Positions 53,300 through 64,000 of a stretch of DNA of 64,000 nucleotides are shown here, piece after piece. Both the position numbers and the translations under genes were made by a program. The notes below the pieces were generated by a model that searched no databases, was not told the origin of the DNA, and worked only from the letters and a program-made list of their open reading frames with translations. Numbering within the stretch: position 1 is the first letter of the stretch; every line of letters starts with the position of its first letter. The DNA is from Paecilomyces variotii. Lineage: Eukaryota. The DNA lies in assembly GCA_004022145.1 (NCBI GenBank), contig RCNU01000011.1; one strand, 5' to 3'.

Positions 53300-55777
53300 C
53301 TACTTGCGCACCTGGTTGGAAGGTGTGAAGATGTTCAATACCGTCCTCAATTTCGTTATCATCTCATCCCATTCACCTTCTGCTGTACTTAAAGTGGTGA
53401 CTGCTCCCCCGGCACCGACACGCCATATTTGCTTATCATCCGTGTCTTGGGAGTAGCTGAAAGCTGTCCGAATAACAACAGAAAAGCTACCTCCACCTCC
53501 TAGGTCGAGATATCCCATGACTCCTGAATATATCCCACGATTGCGTCTCTCAATGGAACCAAGATGCATGCAGGAACGCTCTTTAGGTGCCCCAGTCATT
53601 GACCCCGGAGGTAGACAACGCTGCAGGGCAGTGATTCCGTGCATAGACATATTCGAATTGTGTCCCTGCAGTTGGGAAATGGACCTGACCCCGTGTCCTG
53701 GATTCTGATAGTCAATGTGGCCTTTCACATGTGTGATCATCTGAAAAACTCGCCCGTGGTCTTCAACCTCGAGCAGCTTTTCCACATAGACTCTCGAAGA
53801 ACCACAGATACCGTACAGGTCATGACGGATAAGATCCGCAATCATCAGATTCTCTGCCATCTCCTTTGTCGAGCCAAGAATTTCTTTGGCCTTCTCTAGG
53901 TCGATACCAGGCGCCTTCTTGACTGTTCCTTTCATCGGCTTCATCTCGAGCATGGATTTCCTATCCCAGTTAAGGAAACACTCGGGACTGCTGCTCGCAA
54001 TCTTAACATCCCCAAGTCTCGCGTAAGCACTGAATGCCGCAGGATTGTACTTTCGAAGCTTTCGATAAAGCAACCACGGACGCAAGTTGCGATCTTTTTC
54101 ATCTTTGTTTCCCTCCAGAATAATGGGTGTCTCGCACGTTAGACAGAGTTCATACGACTCCCCTGCTTCAAGCTGAGCTTGGCAAGCTTTAACCTGTGCC
54201 TTGTAATTCTCCTCGTTCGGCAGGATAATCTCTGCATTTTCGAACACGGGATTGAGTAGTTCGTCTACTTCCTGAGAGTTGTCAAGCTGCGGAGAGTTGG
54301 AGAGCTGCTCAAGCTTGTGTAGTGTCGAGATAACCCAGTCCTCGTCATCTTGTACCGTTGATTGTACGTATGTTCTTCCGGTTTCGTTGTCCACGACCAC
54401 ACTTCTCTCGACCCAAAGTAGACCCACATCCGGAAGATTATCAACAAAGGACTGCCCGTCCGGAGGCTGCTCATGGGACTGAGATTCTGAATGAGCAAGG
54501 CCAGCAATTCCCATTTCATAAGAAAAGTAGCCCAGGAAACCGCCCCAGAAAGGGATCTCATCACACCCAGCGCTGACGCTTTTAACCTTCATCAAGTATC
54601 TCAGCATGTCCCAGAATTCGGAGACTCCAAGGGATGTCTGAACGGCAGTCGTGTTATGTTTCTGCCCGTGACCAATCGAGTTGACGGATTTAGCGTCACA
54701 TCCAGATTGTAACTTTTGCAGGATCAGTCTCTTCGTAGACACGTAAAACTCCAACCTCCAAGATCCGGGACTTGGCACCGAGATAATGCTGTATCTTCCA
54801 TCCGACTGGAATAAGACCGTTGGCGACCCTGGCTCGTTGAGAGCTTCACATATCGTCTCTGGCGTAAGCTTTCCGAGCGATTCGGAACGACTGACAGAAG
54901 ATTCCGATGTGGATGCGCTCCATTGCAGCATGTAGGACACGACATCAGGAGGAGAATAAAGCAAGCCGTTAGATTTCACAGCCTGTTTTATAGGTTCAGG
55001 AGATATCACCCTTCGAGTTCTTTTATTGAACTGAAGGGATGCGTTCCACCAATTTTTCAATAATCTTGTGCAGACATCTCTGTCTGACTTACACGACTCT
55101 GGGTGGAACTGGAAGCCCCAGAAAGGTTTCTCTCTGTGACGTACAGCCATCGCAACCTGCATCGAACTGGTAGAAGACGGCTCCTCAAGGGAAAGCCAAG
55201 CAAGAAACGAAAGATCATCGGGGCTTGGGAGCTTCCGATTACTACTTCCGTTTCTCTCGTTCTGGTCCAGCTTGCCTCTGCTGCCATCCGTAACTGCGTA
55301 CAGCGAATGGTAAAGAGTCACTTCGAAATCCGGGACTCCACGGAACACGTCGTCGTCAACTGGCGTGATATAACGAACCTGACCATGAAGCGGATATGGA
55401 AGTTGCTCAATAGGAATCCCATGGTGAAAGCATAAGCTCTGAAACCCAAGACAGATGCCTAGAACGGGTACCAGGTTGTCTTCGATGACAGTCCATAGGT
55501 CTTTCATGATACCGACATCACCAGGAGTAGCAGGATTTCCGGGGCCCGGCCCCAGAACAACTGCGTCAAATTGTTGGAGAAATCCGTTCATGTCCCCATT
55601 CGGCCATTCGGAATCAATCGTCATCACCGTAACTCGGACCTCCAGGGCCTCTTCCAGCATGGCAACAACATTATAGGAGAAAGAATCATAAGCATCAATG
55701 TACAGGATCTTGTGAGAGTGCGATGTATGCACATCCTGCTGACAGGAGCGAGGCTTTCCCAGCACCGCAGAGGGCAT
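53300..55777 (-). CDS. ABZ1: Aminodeoxychorismate (para-aminobenzoate) synthase, PabA-PabB fusion (pabaA)
   Basis: IDAYDSFSYN, GPGPGNP, GICLGFQ, YHSL, GFQFHPES (glutamine amidotransferase); GESYELCLT, SSPE, KPMKGT, KEMAENLMIADLIRHD, PPGSMTGAPK, GAGGAV; likely ATG at 55777. Confidence 0.96.
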   Translation of the reverse strand: MPSAVLGKPRSCQQDVHTSHSHKILYIDAYDSFSYNVVAMLEEALEVRVTVMTIDSEWPNGDMNGFLQQFDAVVLGPGPGNPATPGDVGIMKDLWTVIEDNLVPVLGICLGFQSLCFHHGIPIEQLPYPLHGQVRYITPVDDDVFRGVPDFEVTLYHSLYAVTDGSRGKLDQNERNGSSNRKLPSPDDLSFLAWLSLEEPSSTSSMQVAMAVRHREKPFWGFQFHPESCKSDRDVCTRLLKNWWNASLQFNKRTRRVISPEPIKQAVKSNGLLYSPPDVVSYMLQWSASTSESSVSRSESLGKLTPETICEALNEPGSPTVLFQSDGRYSIISVPSPGSWRLEFYVSTKRLILQKLQSGCDAKSVNSIGHGQKHNTTAVQTSLGVSEFWDMLRYLMKVKSVSAGCDEIPFWGGFLGYFSYEMGIAGLAHSESQSHEQPPDGQSFVDNLPDVGLLWVERSVVVDNETGRTYVQSTVQDDEDWVISTLHKLEQLSNSPQLDNSQEVDELLNPVFENAEIILPNEENYKAQVKACQAQLEAGESYELCLTCETPIILEGNKDEKDRNLRPWLLYRKLRKYNPAAFSAYARLGDVKIASSSPECFLNWDRKSMLEMKPMKGTVKKAPGIDLEKAKEILGSTKEMAENLMIADLIRHDLYGICGSSRVYVEKLLEVEDHGRVFQMITHVKGHIDYQNPGHGVRSISQLQGHNSNMSMHGITALQRCLPPGSMTGAPKERSCMHLGSIERRNRGIYSGVMGYLDLGGGGSFSVVIRTAFSYSQDTDDKQIWRVGAGGAVTTLSTAEGEWDEMITKLRTVLNIFTPSNQVRK

Positions 55778-56604
55778 GGTCGCAGGGTGATGGGTATATA
55801 TGCGTGACAAAGTAAACAAAATAAAATGGAAGTAGATAATAATTAAATCTCAGAGAAAATCGAAAACACTGCCATATCTGAAACTTATCTGGGAGGCCGT
55901 TGCGATGACTATCTTTTTTAAAGTTGTAGTCTGACGCAGAGTGGCGATCCGCCGCTTTCCAGATATTAGTGGCTGACGAATGATGTCCAACCTCTCAGAA
56001 TGTTAATAACATAGGAGACAGCTGCATGTTTTGGAATCAGACGGGTCACGATGAACAAGACTTGTGACTCTGGAGAAATAATAGTTGTGGTGAGAAAAAG
56101 ATCGACGAGCAAAGGGAAAATGTGGCGTGCCGCATCGAAAAAAAAAAGCATAGATAAACTTTCCGAGCGACTGGAAAGCGACGGGAAACCGAAAAGTTGG
56201 GGGAGCATCGCGCGCTAAACCGTGGCCGGACAGTTCGGTTGATCTTCCGGCACTGTGGTACAATAATAGTCTTAAGAGATATAAGAGATAATATTGTTAG
56301 AGATCCAGCTACGACAAACTAGTTAGGAGCTCTCCTTTTTGGTCGACTAGCAAAAGCCATCAGATACTAATCACTCCAGGCAAATTGTACTGCTAGCATC
56401 ATCCCACAATCAGCAAGCGGAAGTTGTCTATATTAGTCTAGCTGCCCATCACCATCTGAATAACCAATCTAAACCCACATGCAACGCATCAAAAGGTCGA
56501 CATTGATACACCGGGTATATGTACACTAGCATACACATAATCGATATCGTAGAAAAAAGGGTATGTTGAAAAAGCGCAATATAGAATGGTGTTAAATGCA
56601 AATC

Positions 56605-59600
56605 TCATGCGGATACGGATGGGCTTGCGGAGAGTTTAGCCACAACCTTCGCAAAATATTGAGCCACAAAGCTCTCCCTGGTATCCAGTTAGTATCGCGA
56701 CAAATATAATTAATTAGAGAAGTGAACTCACGTGTAATAGCTGTGGTCAGAACTGTGATCTGCGACCAGATTATGTGCCAGTTCGTGGCACAGAACCACC
56801 CACCAATAAACTAAAGCTTCCGCTCGGCTGCTCCCTAGATTTTGAAGCACTTGTGTCTGGTGTAGCTGCTTGAAATAGTGGTAGTTACAGAAAAGACTAC
56901 CTCCACGGTTGAAAGCAATTGTCTTTCCGCCTGGATCATAGAAAATACTGATACTGTCGAGGCGGAGCGAAAAGACTCCAGCACAGTCTGCCAATATTGA
57001 GGCAAAGGTGTTGATCCCAAAACTGTTTTCGGCAAGAAATGCGCTTCTATCACCGGCTGACTTCGCCATAAGGAAGTTGATACTGGATGGGAGCGTTGCG
57101 GCAAACTCTAAATCGTGGCTCGGTCTCTCGTCACAGTAGGACTTGCTTTCTGTGACTTGGTTCATTTCTGGCCGACTGTACACACTGGATGCTCCGTTGG
57201 GACGACAAGATTGAATGGCAGAAAGGAGGTTTGATTGCAACATATGCGGAGACGTGACAGCCTTGGGTTCTTGTGGCTTTGGCTTTTGAGGATCTTCGGC
57301 AGTATAGGGAGGCGGCGGAGTGTCTTTGCTTCTCCCATCCGGAGTATCACTAGATGACTGTCCCTGAAGGAAGGATTGAATTCCTTTGCTAGTCCGGCTA
57401 CCGTCATCGAGACCAAGGCGTCTGGTCAGGTTTGAGAACAGACCCCGGGGGCGGTAGTCACGGGAATCATCAAGCTGTTCATCCTGACCTCCATGTGTCG
57501 TTTTCGAGTTTTGCGGAGAATCTGGGAATAGTCCTGGCATCGCCTCGTGGTTCTTCATCTCCTCTGCCTGCTGCTCTTGGGCTCTTCTCCATTCAGATTC
57601 CCTTTCTTGCAGCTGCTTGCGTTCCTCTTCAAGTTGCTTGTGGCGTCTATCCTCTGCCAGCCTTGCCTCTTGCGCCTTTTGTTTCAGAATACGTTCGACA
57701 TTATACCCTCGAGCTCTGAGCTCTAACAAATCGGTCTTTAGGAGCATCTCTAACGTAAGAGTCGAGTGCAGCTTTGGTCGGGCTAGCATCAGGTGGACAA
57801 GGGCCTGGCTTATTTGGTAGAGATCGTATTTCCCTGGACAGATCCATAGGATATAATCTCTCGCCTGTTGCGTAATAATAGCGCTCCGCTTCTGAGTATG
57901 CGATGCTCGCCGCCCTCGAAGTGACCTTCGGAGAGATATAGAGTGGACAACTTGGACGCTAAGGTGTTTTTCAAGCCACCTTGTGTCATGCTTTATGGAA
58001 TCCGGAGATTGGTCGTGGAGGAACAGTCTCGAACGCTCAAGGATCAGCTTCTGTAACTTCACGGCCGGCCTTTGGTCCGAAGAAACACTGCCCCAATGTG
58101 CCTGTTCTTCGACAATGCTACTCAAAGGAGGAGCGCCCAACGAGATATAGAAGTTCTCAAGCACTTCCTCCTGAGGAGCAGCAAGCACATGTTCCTTGAA
58201 CAGACTGTAACTTTGATAATCATCCACAACAACAGCATCTTTTGCCATTGTCAGTTGCCACTCTTTTATGCTCTGTTCTTCCTCCGCGTAAATATCTTCT
58301 TCGTCCGATTCAGTATGCCTCTTCACATCATCCTTCTTTTCCGGGCGTGAAGCTTTCGATGGCAACTCTCTGCTGGCTAGGACGAAAGGGGCCTTCTTCA
58401 TTTCACTGTAAAGTTCTCTGTCTTTCTTCAGAACAGACACATGCTCAGCCAGACTCCTGAGAAGTTTGAGATACTTGTCAGGGCTCTGAAATTTCGATGA
58501 GATCCTTGCTGGTTCCTTTACCAAGATACGAGCAATTTCCACTTTGGTTGGTTCCGGCTTTGAGCCTACTGCCATCAAAAAAACGTTGGCTTCTTGGCCA
58601 AAGTCAACAAAGTCAAATATGTCACCGTAGTCTTCACTGTCCCCTAGGTAGCAAAGTTTGGGGGCAACGTGTCGAACACGAGGTATTTTTTCAGACACCT
58701 CATCATTCGACACGGGAATAATGGGTGCTGAACCAACGCGATCAGCATCTGCTCGACTAATTTCTCCTACCCTACCGGCCATGTAACTGAAGATCGATCT
58801 GGCGTCTCTCTTTGTGGTAGGAGGCTTCTTGATAAGAATGTCCAGGCATTCACCGATCGAGGGATGCTGCTTAACGCCAAGCTTTGAAGCGTGCGGATGG
58901 AGACCTCTTCGGAGGATGCTAAAGCCAAAGAGAGCTGCGCCATCACTTGTAAAGCAATCTCTAGGTGCAACCATACGCTCTGATCCTTCCACAGGCAGGA
59001 AATGGGCGATCACCTTAGTGCAGTCAAAAGCAGCATATCCGTTCAAGTGATGCTCGCAGATGAAATAAGACAATGCCTTGCTGTGAAGTGCCATATTACC
59101 TTCCACTGCAGCGTCAACCATCAACTGGATGATCTCAACTGCGGATGGATAGGCCTTTAGCCCCAGCATGTTGAGAAACCTACCCTCGACGCTTCCAGAT
59201 TGATATTTTCCGGGCCACTCCAGTAGTGGAAGCCCAAGATTGCGGAGGGAGTCCTTGGGTTCGTAGAGCTCAGATACTTGATAGCGCACACGCTTGTTTT
59301 GGGCAGACTGGCCCACAGATTCAGCCGTACAAATTTTGGTGTTTTTAAGTTTTTGGATATCGGCACTCGGGATATCTTCCCTGACAGAAGCAAGATATTT
59401 GATCAGATCAACATGGCTCCATTTCTTCTTCGAGGCATCATCTTCACCCGCTGTGTCGGAGTCGTTCAGAAGTCGTTCAAAAATGACGCCGAGTTCCACT
59501 GTCTTACGGACACCGAGAGCCGCCAAGAACTTTTCTTTAACACTATTTAGACCGTGGACTGTAGGTAGATCGTCGAACAGCCGCACTGAAGTGAAATATG

Positions 59601-61949
59601 CCTCCGGAGGGCGCCTCATTCCCACCTTGGTAGGAACAATAGTCTGGGGTTGCAACAAGCCCACTATGGTCTGCTTCGAGGACTGAGAAAGGCCGTCCCA
59701 TTGCTTGGACAAGACCGGCAAAACCTGTGCAGAGAACGACGGAGTCCGAGTCATATCCTGTTCGAGCTTGAGAACGCTGCGATCTCCAGCATTCTCAATT
59801 AACCACCGGATCCAGGGCACTGTCTGCAGCTCTAACCACCCCAGGGCATCCAGCTCCCGTTTCCCCAAGGCTTTCGTATACTTGAAAGGCATCACTGAAG
59901 CAGGTAATGGGAGATCTGCAGGTATCCGTTGGGGGTTAAGGTAGCTATCGATTTCCGCCAGGACCAGTACACCACTGGGAACACCGGCGGAACTTTCGTC
60001 ATTCGCAACCGCTACACGTAGAAGAGCCTTAACTGTTGCCTGATCAAGATCCCCTGATGCTGCTTTCCGACTAATCCATGCAAGGAACTCGCTGAGCTGT
60101 TTCGAAGTTAACGCACTCGCCTCAAGCTCACGCTTAATGTCAGATACTGTCACGTCTGTTACCAGACCGAAGTCTGTTAATTTCCTGACGAATTCTGCAG
60201 CGCCTAGGACGAGTTCTTCTGGAAGAACAGGTATTGAATCCATAAAGGTCAGTTCCTTAGGTGCTATGCGAACCTGGTGGGTCGGGAGGACCCCGCGGCT
60301 AGAGAGGACCTCGATGTAAGCATTCTTGTTGCACATCCAGAATGCATCCTCTATAATCTGACCGAGTAGAGAGGACGGCGTCGACTCCCGGAACGCAAAT
60401 TGATTGGTAGTATGTATGGCTTCAGGAAGAACACCGGCGATATCCTCCTTCCGCACCTTTGAACTGCCGCCGGTCGGCATAATTCTAGATTTTAGAGATG
60501 CCATCTCAGCAGACCACGCAATACGACAGACAATACCGGCCGCCCTTAGCATCTCGTGGTTCCATTTGCTTATGTATCGAGTGTTCAGATCAATGCTCTC
60601 TCGCTCCACTGTGGGAATGACTGATGGCGCTGATATATGAGCATTCAAGCCGGTCGTCTGATGAGTAGGAAATCCAATGAAAATCCTGCCCGATTTCGAA
60701 GGCAGAACTGAAGATAGAATCTCTGACTTTGTCACTGTAGCTATATTCGCATCATATGAAGGTGTCAAAATAGCCAGACTCGTCTTTTTGGGTGGCGGTT
60801 TCCGTGTCGCTCTCTCGAGCTCATTACTAAGAGACTGACTGACAGATGCTTGTACAGATGCAGTGTTGATGTGCAAAAACACAGACGCTGTGGAGATCTT
60901 TGTCAGATCATCAGTGTCTGTCACAGGCTCAGTTTTCTCTGCGTTGGGGGCTTTGTCTGGTGTATTTTGTGAAGAGCTGGTGAACCTGGAAAAGAAAGTA
61001 CGAAGCGAGCCTGTCGTATCCCTAATGCTGCCTTCAAGGCGCGCTGCGACGGCCGATTGTTGTTTCCACTCGACAGCCCGCATCCAATTCGCATCGATCT
61101 GAGCAACTTCGCGTGAGACACTTGTCACCTTCATAAGGCCTTCCGCTGTTTTCGTTTCAATATCCCGAGGAAGGACGACATTCACACTGGGTGCAGTCTT
61201 CTTGGTAAGCTTTAAAACGTTCCAATCATCGAGCCAAAGATCTATGCTTTCCAGACCAACGAAAGTAAGACTGGTAGCAAGGAACTGAGCTAGTTGCATC
61301 AGCGAAGGCACCGGAGAAGAGTCGTTGCGGTAGTCAAGCACGAAAGTTGTATCCGGGTTTGCCTCCGCCTCTCCAACCTGCAGTCTGCGTGTGAAAAGAG
61401 CGTTCCCTTTCCAGTAAAATGCCATAGCTTGTCCTCCGGAGGACACAAATGGCTCTTCACAGTCATCAAACACACTGTAGAACCCTACACCAAAAGCACC
61501 GATTTTGGTCTCATCAGGGTTGCCATCCGCAATTCTCTTCAACCTAGCCCAGTCCTTCTCACTGAACGGCGCACCATTGTTCGAGATCAAGAGGCGCTTC
61601 AAAGTATGATGCGATATAGTATGTTTTAACAAGGTACTCGGATCAGCTGGATTGGGCAGAGGTACTGTAGTTGACGGCAATGTCTCAAACTTGATGGTCA
61701 CCCGAGTGGCGGACGCATCAGCAGCGTTTTGGATCATCTCTCGAAGAACCGTCCTAAAGGTTGTATACGATTAGAGAATCGTCCTGAAAATATGCATATA
61801 CAAGCAGTAGATTTAACTTACCATTTTCCTGAATACCGTGAGAGGACTTTGGATATCAGACCGCGCGTGTCTACAGTGACCGCCTCCTCATCATTGCTGG
61901 ACACCATGGTCCGCGCCTTCAGCGCATTAAAATCAATAGCCGCCGCCAT
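56605..61949 (-). CDS. Large uncharacterised protein: GHKL/Hsp90-sacsin-like ATPase N-terminus, DUF3684-like middle, C-terminal HExxH motif
   Basis: Exon 1 MAAAIDF...SRYSGKW; main exon TVLREMIQNAADA..SNNG..IADGNPDETKIGAFGVGFYSVF; coiled coil near the C-terminus; IAFN..GSLFCN...WVVLCHELAHNLVADHSSDH; short last exon ending TGA at 56605. Confidence 0.85.
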
Positions 61950-62625
61950 CTCTAGGCGTAGGCGTATATCACGAGCGACGAAATAGATCCCATGTATTAG
62001 AGTGGCGTGTTGCTCAACCCTGTAGAGCCTTGATGACAGAGTCCAGCCGCAGTCAACAAAGGCGCAGTGCGGGACACCTGTTTCAGAGACGTAAGAAAGA
62101 CCGAATTAAGAGGACGGGGATGTCCTAAATTTCAAGCGTAAAGAGAGTCGCCAAACAAGCACCGCAACGAAAGACGTGAGCGGAGAAATAGACAGACAAC
62201 AGGAAAGAAATGTAAATAATACACGAAGCTCCCTCGCAGCCTCGCCACTGAGACACGGAGACTGCGGAGAAACCGAACTTATCGCCTTATCACCGGATTA
62301 CCGCCTGAGGTGTCAACAGCCCTTCACCGCCTTTCCGGCAGCCTATAGCGACCATCCGCGCAGCGTGACAGGGGCAGTTTGGTCCACCCGAATAGTTAGT
62401 CCGATATACTCGTGGGGATACATATATGTTCTTGTCTTGCTGTCGTCCCGGGTGTCATCGAGCTGCTATCCGTTCATGAGCCCTTTGCTCCTCTGTCTGC
62501 TCTTGAATGGAGGCTTGCGCAATGTTCCTTTCCCTTATGTATGATTTCTAGAGCCCCTCCAATCTTCCTGGACGCGGTCTTGGGCGCAATCACGGACTGC
62601 CTCCGCTCAGCGGCCAGATGCCACC

Positions 62626-64000
62626 ATGGGACTCGACCCTCTCTCCCCTATCGCCCCTGCGCGTCTGCGAGCGCTTCTTCTTCCTGTCGGCAAGATCAAA
62701 CGCTCGCGTTTCCTGAGCTTTGCCGCAAGGCTACAGGCTGAGAATGTCGTTCGACTCGGGGACATCAGCCCGGACTCGCGGCCCAACAGAAGTACGTGTC
62801 CAACTTACGGCAGGATGATATTACGGGGGATTTTTTGAGGATCTATGAGGCTTATTCTGGTTTACGGCAGACATGTTTTCTCCCCTAGCATTCCCCACTG
62901 GAATGATAATATACGACCTTTCTATTTCGGTTCCGCCGACTTCTCATCTAGAGCTATTCCCGTTCGAAGTATTCAGGGAACCTTTGGTTGTAATAGGAAT
63001 TGCGGATGGCACTGAGCTCCCTGGGCCGTCAGAGATCTCGAATGGCGCCCCGGTAATACCGTCACAAGAATCCGGTACGCTCAAACCGCCAACCCCTCAC
63101 GGACTCGAGGGTCTATTGGAGGAGTTGAAACTGGTCAAGGAACATAATCCAAGAGCGCAGGTCCACCAGTTACTTGTGTTTGATTATCATGGTCTGGATA
63201 AGCTTGTTAGTGGTCCTGAAGAGGTCACATGGGTTCCCCGGCCGGAAGCCTCGAAGGCGACAACTATAAAGACCGTATTGTGCGACATTACCTCACTTCT
63301 TTTGGGCGAGCTTGATGAGTTCGCAAAGATAATGCAGAGTATACCCTCAATTGAATCCCCGCGGGCATCTTCCTGGGGGCCTCGGCGGAATCCAGAGCTT
63401 CGTCCGCGACCAGTAGACAAACTCTTACATCGAGTGACTATGCCTGCACAGCTACCGTCCACACCAAACGGTGCCCCCGATGGCCATCCAGCGTCTGGAC
63501 GCAGTTCACCAGCCTCCGCAGATCATGATTCTCCCACCACGTTCGATGAAATCACTCGGTCCATACAGTTGGCTAACCGTGCCAGTTCTCTGGGGAAGCC
63601 TAGTTCAGCATCTTCTTCCAAAGAGCACAGCCGTGACCGGATGTCAGTGCAGGGGTTAAGTGCAACAGACCGGACCAAAAATCGCATTAAAGGACGGTTC
63701 GGGGTAGTAGTCGGTACCCTGTTTCTCCAGGCTGGTCGGTGGCCAGACGCTCTGAAAGAATTAGTTGAGGCTGCATCTATGGCAAGAGCTAGCAGTGATT
63801 ATGTTTGGCACGGAAAAGCACTTGAGTCTATCCTTCTTTGTTTATTGATGTTTGGCTGGGCCGGGATGGATTTTCAAGTATGGCATTTCCCTGGCTATTC
63901 GACTCTGTATATAGGACCTTCATTGCTGACACCTGACAGATACCCCCCATTTGCTATCCCGTTGCGGATAAATCGAGTTCTAAGGCATCATACTATACGG
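62626..64000 (+). CDS. TRS120: TRAPP II complex subunit Trs120 (HypA); continues beyond the window
   Basis: MGLDPLSPIAPARLRALLLPVGKIKRSRF...VRLGDISPDSRPNR-(N)MFSPLAFPTGMIIY...ELFPFEVFREPLVVIGIADG...GR.GVVVGTLFLQAGRWPDALKEL..DYVWHGKALE. Confidence 0.92.

Overview
Intron-rich fungal (Eurotiales-like ascomycete) genomic DNA in three parts. (1) 1-3.5 kb: the 3' half of a fungal-specific (Zn2Cys6-type) transcription factor and a 14-TM MFS efflux pump, which look like the edge of a secondary-metabolite cluster. (2) 4.16-24.9 kb: a ~20.7-kb AT-rich block with no ORFs in the track. By hand it resolves into three nested, RIP-mutated Ty3/gypsy chromodomain LTR retrotransposons: a 5'-truncated family-A copy (+), a full-length family-A copy inserted into it in the opposite orientation (371-bp LTRs, TSD ATTAG/ATTAA), and a full-length family-B element inside that (149-bp LTRs, TSD GTTTT). 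Family A appears to carry a fossil ~450-codon extra ORF antisense to pol between the chromodomain and the PPT, the most novel candidate here. (3) 25-64 kb: a mostly housekeeping block (caleosin, FES1, actin, ADE5,7, PET127, VPS55, PRE5, LOG, MED6, ABZ1/pabaA, a GHKL-ATPase/HExxH protein, TRS120). Between MED6 and ABZ1 lie a cytochrome P450 relic, an ankyrin gene and an RNA-dependent RNA polymerase. All calls come from motif recognition and manual alignment; no searches were run, and intron boundaries are hand-placed.
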